Assembly (NCBI GenBank): GCA_934444645.1
Contig: CAKSCV010000004.1
Span: 59,209 to 123,208, forward strand
From: an uncultured Eubacteriales bacterium
Lineage (GTDB): Bacteria > Bacillota > Clostridia > Oscillospirales > CAG-382
Direction of reading: 5' to 3'
DNA: 64,000 nt
The position numbers were made by a program, and so were the translations under genes. The first letter of the stretch is position 1; each line of letters opens with the position of its first letter. A model generated the notes under the pieces. That model saw only the letters and a list, made by a program, of their open reading frames with translations. It had not been told where the DNA came from and did no database searches. Below, in pieces: positions 9,035-19,391 of the stretch.

Positions 9035-9925
9035 ATGCCGCATTCAATGTCCGTGCCGTTATTCAATTATGCCGATTCAAACTTTATCGTACACCATACG
9101 GTCAGTGAAAACTTTGAAGATCCCTATACGCGCTTACATATGCACACCATGTATGAGTTATATTGCTTTTTGGACGGTGAAGGCGTGTTCACGGTGGAGG
9201 GAAATATATATAAGTTGGAAAGAGGTATGCTGCTTTTAATCCGACCGGGCGAAGCGCACAGCGCCAAAATCGTCAGCACCAGCCGGTATGAACGCATTGC
9301 CGTTCATTTTACGCCGTCTTTTTTGGAAAACGATTGCATCCGCGAAATGCTGCACGCCTTTGAAACGTCCAAAAACAGCAGTAACCATTGCTTCTTTTGC
9401 AACGATGAGAGCGCCTATCCGTTTAAGCTGTTACGCGAGATTACCAACTCGAAGCTGAAAGGGAATCATCCTGCCTGCAAATTAGCCTTGCAGGCAAATC
9501 TTCCGGCATTGCTTTACAGCCTTTCCGAAAACTGCTCGCACAAAGTTTCGGTGGACGGTACCTCGCACGACCAGCTGGTGCGTCAGATCCTACGCTATAT
9601 CGATTTGCATCTTTCGACCGAATGGTCCTTGGATGAGCTGGCTGAGCATTTGTATCGGGACAAAGCCTATCTGAACCGCCGCTTCAAAACCGTGGTCGGC
9701 ACCAGCATCTGGAATTATACCATCCAAAAACGCATTGTCAACGCGCAGCGCAGTCTGTACGACACCGGCAGCATTTCAAGTGCCTTTCAGGCCAGCGGCT
9801 TCAGCGACTATTCGACGTTTTACCGCAATTATAACCGTATTATCGGCATTTCGCCGTCGGATGACCTGAAGAACCGAAAATCCGATAAGGAGCGGCTATT
9901 GGGAATCATTAACCCCTATTGTTAA
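9035..9925 (+). CDS. AraC family transcriptional regulator
   Basis: ORF 8975-9925, start moved to ATG 9035 (RBS AGGTGAAGG), 4 nt after the crp-family stop codon. Has a cupin-like N-terminus and a C-terminal AraC HTH (LDELAEHLYRDKAYLNRRFKTVVGTSIWNYTIQKRI ... GFSDYSTFYRNYNRIIGISP). Confidence 0.88.
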   Translation: MPHSMSVPLFNYADSNFIVHHTVSENFEDPYTRLHMHTMYELYCFLDGEGVFTVEGNIYKLERGMLLLIRPGEAHSAKIVSTSRYERIAVHFTPSFLENDCIREMLHAFETSKNSSNHCFFCNDESAYPFKLLREITNSKLKGNHPACKLALQANLPALLYSLSENCSHKVSVDGTSHDQLVRQILRYIDLHLSTEWSLDELAEHLYRDKAYLNRRFKTVVGTSIWNYTIQKRIVNAQRSLYDTGSISSAFQASGFSDYSTFYRNYNRIIGISPSDDLKNRKSDKERLLGIINPYC

Positions 9926-9963
9926 AGGGTACGAAACGGCCTTCCCGCAATTTGTCCAACCGT

Positions 9964-10007
9964 CGAAAAACGACCGGCATTCAAAAGAACGCCGGTCGTT
10001 TTTCTCT
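9964..10007. terminator. bidirectional terminator (ends the pur-fhs operon and the araC gene)
   Basis: AAAAACGACCGGC (9966-9978) pairs with GCCGGTCGTTTTT (9991-10003). Confidence 0.8.
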
Positions 10008-10019
10008 ATAAACTGCCGC

Positions 10020-11696
10020 TTAAAATAATCCTGAAATCCTGCCGTTTTCGTCTACGTCGATCTTTTCGGCTGCCGGAACCTTCGGCAGACCCGGCATGGT
10101 CATGATGTCGCCGGTTAATACCACGATAAAACCGGCACCTGCCGAAACTTTGACGTTCTTGACGGTCACGCGGAAATGCTCCGGTGCACCGAGCTTTGTC
10201 GGATCGTCCGAAAAGCTGTATTGGGTCTTGGCAATGCAGACCGGAAGGGAAGAGAAGCCAAGCTCTGCAAGCGTCGCTATCTGCTTCTTTGCCGCCGGCA
10301 AGAAGTCAACGCCGTCGCCGCCGTAGATCTTCTTGACAACCGCTTCAATTTTATCTTCAATGCTTCCGGAAAGCTCATAGGAGAAGGAGAAATCGTTCGG
10401 CTTATCGCATAAGCGTACAACCTCTTCGGCAAGCTCGATGCCGCCCTCCGAACCCTTTGCCCAAACGTCCGACAGAACTGTATTGACGCCTAACTTGCGG
10501 CATTCGCGGATGACAAGCTCTACCTCTTCAACCGTGTCGGTCGGGAACTTGTTGACTGCCACGACTGCCGGAAGCTTGTAAACGTTCGTGATGTTGGAAA
10601 CATGGCGAAGAAGATTCGGAAGACCCTTTTGAAGTGCGTCAAGGTCAGGCGTGGCAAGTGCGGTTTTGGGAAGTCCGCCGTGCATTTTGAGCGCACGGAC
10701 GGTTGCAACCACAACGACGGCTGATGGGGTGAGTCCGGCATAGCGGCACTTGATATCCAAGAATTTCTCCGCACCCAAATCTGCGCCGAAACCGGCTTCG
10801 GTGACGGTATAATCGCCCATTTTGAGTGCCGTGCGTGTGGCAATGACCGAGTTGCAGCCATGGGCAATGTTGGCAAACGGGCCGCCGTGAACAAAGGCCG
10901 GCGTTCCTTCGAGCGTCTGCACAAGGTTCGGCTTTAAGGCGTCCTTTAATAAAGCCGCCATCGCGCCTTGCGCCTTTAGGTCGGAACAGGTCACCGGCTT
11001 TCCGTCATAGGTGTAGGCGACGATGATGCGCGAAAGACGTTCTTTGAGGTCGGTAAGGGAAGAGGCAAGGCAGAGAACCGCCATGATCTCCGACGCAACC
11101 GTGATATCAAAGCCGTCCTCACGCGGCGTGCCGTTGGCCTTGCCGCCGAGACCGTCCACGAGGTTGCGAAGCTGACGGTCGTTCATGTCCACGCAGCGCT
11201 TCCAGGTAATGCGGCGCACATCGATGCCAAGCGCATTGCCCTGTTGAATGTGGTTGTCGAGCATGGCGGCAAGCAGATTGTTGGCAGCACCGATGGCGTG
11301 AAAATCGCCGGTAAAGTGCAGATTGATATCCTCCATGGGAACTACCTGTGCATAACCGCCGCCGGCCGCTCCTCCTTTAATGCCGAAAACCGGGCCGAGC
11401 GACGGCTCACGAAGCGCTACCGTCACTTTTTTGCCGATCTTCTTTAAGCTGTCGGCAAGGCCGATGGTGGTGGTGGTTTTGCCCTCGCCGGCAGGCGTCG
11501 GCGTAATAGCCGTGACTAAAATCAGCTTTCCGTCCGGCGCGTCTTTGCGGTCGTTTAAGAGAGATAAATCGATCTTTGCCTTGTAAGAGCCGTACTGCTC
11601 GACGTATTTTGCGTCAATGCCCGCACTTGCGGCAATCTCGGAAATGTGCTTCATGTGGACGCTTTGAGCAATTTCAATGTCGGATTTGTAAGTCAT
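10020..11696 (-). CDS. fhs: formate--tetrahydrofolate ligase
   Basis: 558 aa with N-terminus [11 protein letters not shown], a P-loop ([15 protein letters not shown]) and full-length collinearity with Fhs. Only 11 nt separate it from the purL stop, so it appears to be the last gene of the pur operon. Confidence 0.97.
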   Translation of the reverse strand: MTYKSDIEIAQSVHMKHISEIAASAGIDAKYVEQYGSYKAKIDLSLLNDRKDAPDGKLILVTAITPTPAGEGKTTTTIGLADSLKKIGKKVTVALREPSLGPVFGIKGGAAGGGYAQVVPMEDINLHFTGDFHAIGAANNLLAAMLDNHIQQGNALGIDVRRITWKRCVDMNDRQLRNLVDGLGGKANGTPREDGFDITVASEIMAVLCLASSLTDLKERLSRIIVAYTYDGKPVTCSDLKAQGAMAALLKDALKPNLVQTLEGTPAFVHGGPFANIAHGCNSVIATRTALKMGDYTVTEAGFGADLGAEKFLDIKCRYAGLTPSAVVVVATVRALKMHGGLPKTALATPDLDALQKGLPNLLRHVSNITNVYKLPAVVAVNKFPTDTVEEVELVIRECRKLGVNTVLSDVWAKGSEGGIELAEEVVRLCDKPNDFSFSYELSGSIEDKIEAVVKKIYGGDGVDFLPAAKKQIATLAELGFSSLPVCIAKTQYSFSDDPTKLGAPEHFRVTVKNVKVSAGAGFIVVLTGDIMTMPGLPKVPAAEKIDVDENGRISGLF

Positions 11697-11707
11697 GCAA
11701 TTTCTCC

Positions 11708-14700
11708 TTAAAGCTTAAAATAATTGACGGCGTTTCGGAACATTCCAATTTCATATTCGCCGGGAACGTTTTTGTAAAGTCCGTTTCCGACACGTTCGGA
11801 ATGACCCATCTTGCCGAATACCCGGCCGTCCGGGGAGGTAATGCCCTCGATGGCGTACATCGAATTGTTGGGATTAAAAGCAATGTCAGCCGTTGCGTGT
11901 CCGTCAAGATCGCAGTATTGGGTCGCAATCTGACCGTTTTCGGCAAGCTTCCCGACAAGCGCATTGTCCGCGATAAAGCGGCCTTCACCATGCGAGATCG
12001 GTACGGAATAGATCTCGCCGACCTTGACACTCGAAAGCCAAGGCGATTTGTTGGAAGCAATGCGCGTGCGCACAATGCGCGATTGGTGACGCCCGATGGT
12101 GTTAAAGGTCAGCGTCGGACAGCTTGCATCGGTATCGATGATTTTTCCGTAGGGAACAAGACCGAGCTTGATCAGTGCCTGGAAGCCGTTGCAGATGCCG
12201 CACATAAGACCGTCGCGCTTGTCGAGCAACGCAGTAACCTGTTCTTTTATGGCGGCGTTGCGGAAGAAGGCTGTGATAAACTTACCCGAACCGTCCGGTT
12301 CGTCGCCGCCGGAAAAGCCGCCCGGAATAAAGACAATCTGCGACGAAGCAAGCTCGGCTGCAAAGGCTTCTGCCGAACGGGCAATGGCATCAGCCGTTAA
12401 ATTGCCGACGACCATGATCTTTGCGTCCGCGCCGGCATCACGAACCACTTTTGCACTGTCATATTCACAGTTGGTGCCGGGAAATACCGGAATGAGCACC
12501 TTGGGACGTGCGTGTGCTACCGCCGGTGCTTTGCGTTCCGCAGGCTTTGCGGCATACGAAAAGTCGCACATTGCGGCTTCGCTTTGCTTGTCGGTCGGCA
12601 GATTACAGGGAAATACCTTTTCCAAGCGGTTTTCGTAAATATCCCGCAATTCCGACGTGCGGATGCATGTATCTTTGTATTCCATCAATCGCTGTTCCGT
12701 GACAAAACCGACCGTTCTGCCGTCTTTGCAGTCCTTCTTTAATTCGAGAAGGAAGCTGCCGTAGCCATAGCCGAATAAATCGTCCATGGTCAAGTCGTTC
12801 TCAAAGCGGAAGCCGTAGCCGTTGCCCAAGCACATTTTCAAGACTGCCTCCGCCATGCCGCCGTAGGTGAGGGTATAGGCGGATATCGCTGTTCCTTCGG
12901 AAAGCAGCTTGTTTACCTTTTCAAACACCTTTATGAGCGAGGAAGCTACCGGCAGTCCGTCCGCGCCGTATTCCGGACGCAGAAGAATGACTTCGCTTCC
13001 GGCCGTCTTGAATTCGTTGGATACAATGCGGTCGGCTTTTTCGGTGGTTACGGCAAACGAAACCAGCGTCGGCGGAACGTCTAAGTTTTCAAACGAGCCG
13101 CTCATGGAGTCTTTGCCGCCGATGGACGCGACGCCGAAATCCTTTTGCGCACGGAATGCGCCGAGTAATGCCGCCATCGGCTTGCCCCAGCGTTTCGGGT
13201 CGGTACCCGGACGTTCGAAATACTCTTGGAACGTGAGATATACGTCCTTGAATTCCGCTCCGGCTGCCACCAATTTGCAAAGGCTTTCCACCACGGCAAG
13301 ATAAGCTCCATGGTACGGGCTTTTTTCCGTGATAAAGGGATTGTAGCCCCACGACATGAGCGAGCAGGTGTCGGTGTGGCTGTTTTCCACCGAAATTTTG
13401 TGAGCCATCGCTTGAATCGGCGTTTGCTGATGCTTGCCGCCAAACGGCATGAGAAGCGTGCCTGCGCCGATAGTCGAATCAAAACGTTCGGAAAGGCCGC
13501 GCTTGGAGCAGACATTGAGGTCGCCGGCAAGTGCTTTGTACGCTGTTTCAAAATCGGAATCGATTTTTTTGCTATAATCTATGGGCGAGGAAACAGCCAC
13601 ATCGATGTGCTTGGCAGCACCGTTGGAATTTAAGAATTCGCGGCTGATGTCCACGATCGTCTTTCCGTTCCAGTGCATGACAAGACGCGGCTTTTCGGTG
13701 ACCGAAGCAATCACGGTTGCTTCCAGATTTTCGCTTTCGGCAATTTCAAGAAAACGTGCCACATCCTTCGGCTCGACCACAACCGCCATGCGTTCTTGGG
13801 ATTCGCTGATGGCAAGCTCTGTGCCGTCAAGACCTTCGTATTTCTTCGGAACGGCATTCAAATCGATGTCAAGTCCGTCGGCAAGCTCACCGACGGCAAC
13901 CGACACACCGCCTGCACCGAAATCGTTGCAGCGTTTGATCATGCGGCAGGCTTCGGCGTTGCGGAATAACCGCTGTAACTTGCGTTCTTCGGGCGCGTTG
14001 CCCTTTTGCACCTCGGCACCGCAGGTTTCGAGCGAGGAGGCTGTGTGCGCTTTGGAGGAACCGGTCGCACCGCCGCAGCCGTCGCGGCCCGTGCGACCGC
14101 CGAGTAAGATGACCGCATCGCCCGGAGCCGGACGTTCGCGGCGCACGTTTTCGGCAGGAGCCGCGGCAATGACCGCACCGATCTCCATGCGCTTTGCGGC
14201 ATAGCCGTCGTGGTAGATTTCGTCCACCATGCCGGTGGCAAGGCCGATTTGGTTGCCATAGGAGGAATAACCGGCAGCGGCCGTCGTCACGATCTTTCGC
14301 TGCGGCAGCTTGCCGGGCAGCGTTTCGGCAATCGGACGTGTCGGGTCGGCCGCACCCGTCACGCGCATGGCGGCATAGACATAGCTGCGTCCCGAAAGCG
14401 GGTCGCGGATCGCGCCGCCGATACAGGTGGCCGCACCGCCGAACGGCTCGATCTCGGTCGGATGGTTGTGCGTTTCATTCTTGAAAAGAAGTAACCACGG
14501 CTGTTTTTCGCCGTCCACCTCGACGGTGATTTTCACCGTGCAGGCATTGATTTCTTCGGATTCGTCGAGCTTGGCAAGCTTGCCGCGGCTCTTTAAGTAT
14601 TTGGCCGCCAGCGTGGCAATGTCCATGAGATTGACCGGCTTTGTGCGGCCGAGCGCTTCGCGCGTTTTCAAATAGTCCTCATAGGTGCTCTGAATGAGCG

Positions 14701-15415
14701 CATCCTCAAAGGTGACCTTGTCGATCGTCGTAAGAAAAGTGGTGTGGCGGCAGTGATCCGACCAGTACGTGTCGATCATGCGCAGTTCGGTCATGGTCGG
14801 GTCGCGCTTTTCCGAAGCAAAATAGCGTTTGCAGAACTCGATGTCCGCAAGGTCCATCGCAAGCCCATAGGTTTTTATATACGCTTCAAGACCGGCACGG
14901 TCAGCACTTATAAATCCGTCAAGCGTTTGGATGGTTTCCGGAACGCTGTACTTTGCCGCAAGCGTTTCCGGCTTTTCGAAGGACGCTTCACGTGCCTCTA
15001 CCGGATTGATGACGTATTTTTTGACGGCGGCAAGCTCTTTTTCGGAAAGTGAGCCGTATAACAGATATACCTTTGCCGTGCGGACGCGCGGCCGCTCGCC
15101 TTGGGAGATGATCTGGATACATTGGGCGGCAGAATCGGCGCGCTGGTCAAATTGACCGGGCAGGTATTCCACGGCAAAGGCGGCTGCGTCTTTTGTGTCG
15201 ATATCCTCCGTAACCGTATCTAACTGCGGCTCGGAAAAGACCGTCTTTTTGGCGTATTCAAACAAATCCTCCGCAATGTTTTCCACATCATACCGGTTGA
15301 TGACGCGCACCTTTTCCAGCGAAGCGATACCCAAAATGTCGCGTGCTTCGGTTAAAAGGGCGTTGGCTTCGTGGGCAAAGACCGGCTTTTTTTCTGCATA
15401 TACTCTGTAGACCAT
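11708..15415 (-). CDS. purL: phosphoribosylformylglycinamidine synthase, single-chain large form
   Basis: 1235 aa with a C-terminal glutaminase domain ([17 protein letters not shown] ... HGEGRF) and AIR-synthase-related repeats. It sits within the pur operon. Confidence 0.95.
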   Translation of the reverse strand: MVYRVYAEKKPVFAHEANALLTEARDILGIASLEKVRVINRYDVENIAEDLFEYAKKTVFSEPQLDTVTEDIDTKDAAAFAVEYLPGQFDQRADSAAQCIQIISQGERPRVRTAKVYLLYGSLSEKELAAVKKYVINPVEAREASFEKPETLAAKYSVPETIQTLDGFISADRAGLEAYIKTYGLAMDLADIEFCKRYFASEKRDPTMTELRMIDTYWSDHCRHTTFLTTIDKVTFEDALIQSTYEDYLKTREALGRTKPVNLMDIATLAAKYLKSRGKLAKLDESEEINACTVKITVEVDGEKQPWLLLFKNETHNHPTEIEPFGGAATCIGGAIRDPLSGRSYVYAAMRVTGAADPTRPIAETLPGKLPQRKIVTTAAAGYSSYGNQIGLATGMVDEIYHDGYAAKRMEIGAVIAAAPAENVRRERPAPGDAVILLGGRTGRDGCGGATGSSKAHTASSLETCGAEVQKGNAPEERKLQRLFRNAEACRMIKRCNDFGAGGVSVAVGELADGLDIDLNAVPKKYEGLDGTELAISESQERMAVVVEPKDVARFLEIAESENLEATVIASVTEKPRLVMHWNGKTIVDISREFLNSNGAAKHIDVAVSSPIDYSKKIDSDFETAYKALAGDLNVCSKRGLSERFDSTIGAGTLLMPFGGKHQQTPIQAMAHKISVENSHTDTCSLMSWGYNPFITEKSPYHGAYLAVVESLCKLVAAGAEFKDVYLTFQEYFERPGTDPKRWGKPMAALLGAFRAQKDFGVASIGGKDSMSGSFENLDVPPTLVSFAVTTEKADRIVSNEFKTAGSEVILLRPEYGADGLPVASSLIKVFEKVNKLLSEGTAISAYTLTYGGMAEAVLKMCLGNGYGFRFENDLTMDDLFGYGYGSFLLELKKDCKDGRTVGFVTEQRLMEYKDTCIRTSELRDIYENRLEKVFPCNLPTDKQSEAAMCDFSYAAKPAERKAPAVAHARPKVLIPVFPGTNCEYDSAKVVRDAGADAKIMVVGNLTADAIARSAEAFAAELASSQIVFIPGGFSGGDEPDGSGKFITAFFRNAAIKEQVTALLDKRDGLMCGICNGFQALIKLGLVPYGKIIDTDASCPTLTFNTIGRHQSRIVRTRIASNKSPWLSSVKVGEIYSVPISHGEGRFIADNALVGKLAENGQIATQYCDLDGHATADIAFNPNNSMYAIEGITSPDGRVFGKMGHSERVGNGLYKNVPGEYEIGMFRNAVNYFKL

Positions 15416-15417
15416 GT

Positions 15418-16701
15418 TTAATTCTCCTTTTTGCCGATGGCGGCGAGTGCTTTCGCGCCGATATCCGTGCGATAGTAAGCGTTTTCAAAGGTGATATGCG
15501 GCACAATCTCGTAGGCGGCTTTAACGGCGTTTTCCAATGTGTCTGCCGTCGCCGTCACGCCCAAAACGCGTCCGCCGGATGTGAGCAGCTTCCCGTCCGC
15601 TGTTTTTGCGCCGGCTACATAAACATTGTCCTTGTACTTGTCCGGGAGCGTGATCGGGAAGCCCGATGCATATTTCTGCGGATAGCCGCTTGACGCTTCA
15701 ATGACGCAGCACGCCGCACCTTCTGAAAATTCAACGTCCGCCTTGTCAAGCGTTCCGTCGGTGGTCGCACGCATGACCGTGTACAGGTCGCTTTTCAACA
15801 GCGGCAGAACGACTTGCGTTTCGGGATCGCCGAACCGACAGTTGTATTCGATGACCTTCGGACCGTTTTCGGTCAACATCAGTCCAAAATACAGACAGCC
15901 CTTAAAGGTTCTGCCCTCGGCGTTCATGGCGCGAATGGTCGGCAGAAAGATTTTTTCCATGCATTCGTCCGCTGTTTCTTTGGTATAGTAGGGATTGGGC
16001 GCGACCGTTCCCATGCCGCCGGTGTTTAAGCCTCTGTCACCGTCCAGCGCGCGTTTGTGATCCATGGAGGAAACCATCGGAACAAGTGTTTTTCCGTCGG
16101 TAAAGGATAAAACCGAAACCTCCGGACCGGTTAAGAACTCCTCGATAACGACGCTTGCGCCGCTTTCGCCGAATACCTTGTCCTTCATCATGGAAATCAC
16201 GGCGTTTTTTGCTTCTTCACGCGTAGACGCAATGATAACGCCCTTGCCGAGTGCAAGTCCGTCTGCTTTGACCACCGTCGGAACCGGTGCGGTGTCAAGA
16301 TAGCGAAGTGCTGCGTCAAGTTCGGTGAAAACCTCATAAGCGGCGGTCGGAATGCCGTATTTTTTCATTAAGTTCTTGGAGAAAACCTTGCTGCCTTCGA
16401 TAATGGCCGCCTTCTTATTCGGACCGAATGCCGGAATGCCGCGTTCTTCGAGCGCATCCACCGCACCGAGAACCAACGGATCGTCCGGCGCGACGACCGC
16501 GTAATCCACCGCATGACTTACGGCAAAATCGCAGATTTTATCGATTTCCTTCGCACCGATAGCGACGCATTCGGCATCGTCTTTCATGCCGCCGTTGCCG
16601 GGCAGGGCGTAGATTTTTGTGATAGCGGGATTTTCTTTTAATTTTTTGATAATGGCGTGTTCTCTGCCGCCGCCACCGACGACTAAGAGCTTCATATACA
16701 A
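15418..16701 (-). CDS. purD: phosphoribosylamine--glycine ligase
   Basis: 427 aa (MKLLVVGGGGREHAI ... ATP-grasp ... VIEYNCRFGDPETQ). Confidence 0.96.
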   Translation of the reverse strand: MYMKLLVVGGGGREHAIIKKLKENPAITKIYALPGNGGMKDDAECVAIGAKEIDKICDFAVSHAVDYAVVAPDDPLVLGAVDALEERGIPAFGPNKKAAIIEGSKVFSKNLMKKYGIPTAAYEVFTELDAALRYLDTAPVPTVVKADGLALGKGVIIASTREEAKNAVISMMKDKVFGESGASVVIEEFLTGPEVSVLSFTDGKTLVPMVSSMDHKRALDGDRGLNTGGMGTVAPNPYYTKETADECMEKIFLPTIRAMNAEGRTFKGCLYFGLMLTENGPKVIEYNCRFGDPETQVVLPLLKSDLYTVMRATTDGTLDKADVEFSEGAACCVIEASSGYPQKYASGFPITLPDKYKDNVYVAGAKTADGKLLTSGGRVLGVTATADTLENAVKAAYEIVPHITFENAYYRTDIGAKALAAIGKKEN

Positions 16702-16790
16702 AACACTCCTTTTTTTATACCGGTTAATTTTTTACCGGTTAACCGCAAGCGGCGCGTCGCATTTTTCTGCGGCGCGCTTTTGCGATGAAT

Positions 16791-17975
16791 TTAGTGATGG
16801 AACAAACGCATACCGGTGAATGCCAGGACCATGCCGTACTTGTTGCAGGCGTCAATGACCGCGTCGTCGCGAATCGAGCCGCCCGGCTCGGCAATGTAGC
16901 TGACACCGCTGCTATGCGCACGCTCGATGTTGTCGGAAAACGGGAAAAACGCATCCGAACCGAGTGAAACGCCGGTGATCGTTTTGAGATAGTCCCTTGC
17001 TTCTTTGTCCGTAAGCGGTTCGGGACGGCGCGAAAAATAACGCTGCCAAACGCCGTCGGCGCAGACATCCTCTTCATTTTTGTTGATGTAGCCGTCGATG
17101 GCATTGTCGCGGTCGGCGCGGCCGAGCGTGTCAAGAAAGGGCAGGGAAAGCACCTTTTCGTGCTGCCGCAATTGCCATGTGTCGGCCTTGGTTCCGGCAA
17201 GTCTGGTGCAGTGAATGCGCGACTGCTGGCCTGCACCCACGCCGATGGCTTGTCCGTCATAGGCAAAGCAGACCGAATTGGATTGCGTGTACTTGAGAGT
17301 AATCAGCGAGATAATCAAATCGCGCACCGCGTTTTCGGGAAGATTTTTGTTTTCGGTCACAAGGTTCGAAAGCAGCGCACGGTCAATTTTGAAATTGTTG
17401 CGGCCTTGCTCAAACGTAATGCCGAACACCTGCTTGCGTTCGGTTTCTTCGGGTACATAGCCGGGATCGATCTTTACGATATTATACGCACCCTTGCGCT
17501 TGCTTTTTAAGATTTCAAGTGCTTTCGGCGTAAAGCCCGGCGCGATAACGCCGTCGGACACCTCACGCTTGATGAGAAGTGCCGTCGTCTCATCGCAAAC
17601 GTCGCTGAGCGCAATCCAGTCGCCGAACGAACACATGCGGTCAGTGCCCCTTGCTCTGGCAAATGCCATCGCAAGCGGTGAATCGTTCACACCGTCGATA
17701 TCATCGACAAAGCAAGCCTTTTGAAGCGACGGCGAGAGCGGAAGCCCAACGGCCGCCGAGGTGGGACTGACGTGCTTGAACGAGGTCGCACAGGCAAGGC
17801 CGGTTGCTTCCTTTAATTCCTTCACCAACTGCCACGAGTTGAACGCGTCAAGAAAGTTGATATAGCCCGGACGTCCCGAAAGGATCTCGATCGGAAGCTC
17901 GCTTGCGTCCGCCATATAAATGCGTGCCGGTTTTTGGTTGGGGTTGCAGCCGTATTTGAGTTCAAATTCTTTCAT
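16791..17975 (-). CDS. purH: AICAR formyltransferase, transformylase-only PurH (no MGS-like IMP cyclohydrolase domain)
   Basis: 394 aa (MKEFELKYGCNPNQKPARIY ... SNSVCFAYDGQAIGVGAGQQSRIHCTRLA ... GSLGSDAFFPF ... IAEPGGSIRD). Confidence 0.9.
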   Translation of the reverse strand: MKEFELKYGCNPNQKPARIYMADASELPIEILSGRPGYINFLDAFNSWQLVKELKEATGLACATSFKHVSPTSAAVGLPLSPSLQKACFVDDIDGVNDSPLAMAFARARGTDRMCSFGDWIALSDVCDETTALLIKREVSDGVIAPGFTPKALEILKSKRKGAYNIVKIDPGYVPEETERKQVFGITFEQGRNNFKIDRALLSNLVTENKNLPENAVRDLIISLITLKYTQSNSVCFAYDGQAIGVGAGQQSRIHCTRLAGTKADTWQLRQHEKVLSLPFLDTLGRADRDNAIDGYINKNEEDVCADGVWQRYFSRRPEPLTDKEARDYLKTITGVSLGSDAFFPFSDNIERAHSSGVSYIAEPGGSIRDDAVIDACNKYGMVLAFTGMRLFHH

Positions 17976-18007
17976 AGTGGCATTCCTTTCTGTTGTCGCC
18001 GCGCGTT

Positions 18008-18727
18008 TTACGCGAAACGGTTGATAAGACGGTATTTTTCTTTGCCGGTTGCAAGGTCGGTGTAGCGGACATAGAGCGAAATCTTATTGTTTGCATCGAG
18101 ATGCTCCCAAATATCGGTCGAAAACGCGTCGATATCGTCGGGAATGCTCACACGCTCCGGTTCGCCCTGAAAGGTCGGCAGCGGTTCGCCGTCAGTCACA
18201 TAGGTGTGAAGAAAATGACCGAGTCCTTTTTTTGCCGGATAGGAAAACGTGTAGCGTGCGCAATCCGAGCCCTGCTTGTCGATGCTCTTCAAAATGCTCA
18301 TTTCATAGGTGAACGAGCCGTTTGCAAAGGTGAGCATACTGCTGATACGCGGCGTGAAATTCGGTTCATCCGGCTCAAAGGAACGTGTTTCGAGAGCTGC
18401 TTTGAAATCCTTGCCGTCTTTTATAAAGTCATAGATCGTGTCGGTTTGGTCGCCGTTTGTTACGATGAGTTTGTTTTCATAGGATCGAATTGCCGCGTAA
18501 ATGATGAGCGACGGGTCTTTGACCTTGGCCTTGTCGTAAGGCTCGGTGAAAAGCGCACCGTCCTTTAAGGTGAAAACACGGTTGCGGCTGTTGGCGCTTC
18601 TGCCCATAATAAAGTAGGCGATAACGGCATTCCGGCCGTTTTCGGAAAGTCCGGTGACAATGCCGCGTCCGACATACGGATTTCCGGCAATGCGTTCTCC
18701 GATGGTTTTGCTGTCGTAAATGTTCAT
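18008..18727 (-). CDS. purO: IMP cyclohydrolase, PurO (archaeal-type) family
   Basis: 239 aa. The N-terminus NPYVGRGIVTGLSENGRNAVIAYFIMGRSANSRNRVF matches my memory of the PurO-type IMP cyclohydrolase family. It lies immediately upstream of the transformylase-only purH. Confidence 0.8.
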   Translation of the reverse strand: MNIYDSKTIGERIAGNPYVGRGIVTGLSENGRNAVIAYFIMGRSANSRNRVFTLKDGALFTEPYDKAKVKDPSLIIYAAIRSYENKLIVTNGDQTDTIYDFIKDGKDFKAALETRSFEPDEPNFTPRISSMLTFANGSFTYEMSILKSIDKQGSDCARYTFSYPAKKGLGHFLHTYVTDGEPLPTFQGEPERVSIPDDIDAFSTDIWEHLDANNKISLYVRYTDLATGKEKYRLINRFA

Positions 18728-18779
18728 GGCTTACTCCTTTTTTGTGTACCGGTTTACTGTGTTTGATGCACCGGTATAC

Positions 18780-19391
18780 TTATTTCTGGCGCATATCGGC
18801 ACAGACCTTTTGTACTGCTGCCGGGAGAAGGATCCATTCGGCCTCCTCCATCACGCGCTTCTGTAAAATTTCCGGCGTGTCGCCGTCCTGTATTTCGACG
18901 GCTTTCTGTAGGATGATTTCACCGCCGTCCGGAATCTCGTTGACAAAATGTACCGTCGCGCCGGTCACCTTGACGCCGTAAGCAAGTGCGGCTTCATGTA
19001 CGTGCAACCCGTAAAAGCCCTCTCCGCAAAACGACGGGATGAGCGACGGATGCACATTGAGAATACGTCTTGGATACGCAGAGGTGAAGCTCTCGCTTAA
19101 AATGCACATGAATCCGGCAAGCACGATAAGACCGATGCCGTTTGCGTCTAAAACCGCACGGATTTTTGCTTCAAACGCTTCCCGTGTGCCGCATTCCTTT
19201 TTCTGCACGACCGCAGTCGGAATCCCGGCGGTCTTGGCACGCGTAAGCGCATAAGCGTCCGGCTTGTTTGATACGACGAGCGACAGAACGCCGTCTGTGA
19301 TCTTCCCGGCCTTTTGCGCGTCGATAAGGGCTTGCAGGTTTGTGCCGCCGCCCGAAACGAGAACGGCGACCTTGATGGGATTTTGGCTCAT
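18780..19391 (-). CDS. purN: phosphoribosylglycinamide formyltransferase
   Basis: 203 aa (KVAVLVSGGGTNLQALID ... NVHPSLIP). Confidence 0.95.
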   Translation of the reverse strand: MSQNPIKVAVLVSGGGTNLQALIDAQKAGKITDGVLSLVVSNKPDAYALTRAKTAGIPTAVVQKKECGTREAFEAKIRAVLDANGIGLIVLAGFMCILSESFTSAYPRRILNVHPSLIPSFCGEGFYGLHVHEAALAYGVKVTGATVHFVNEIPDGGEIILQKAVEIQDGDTPEILQKRVMEEAEWILLPAAVQKVCADMRQK

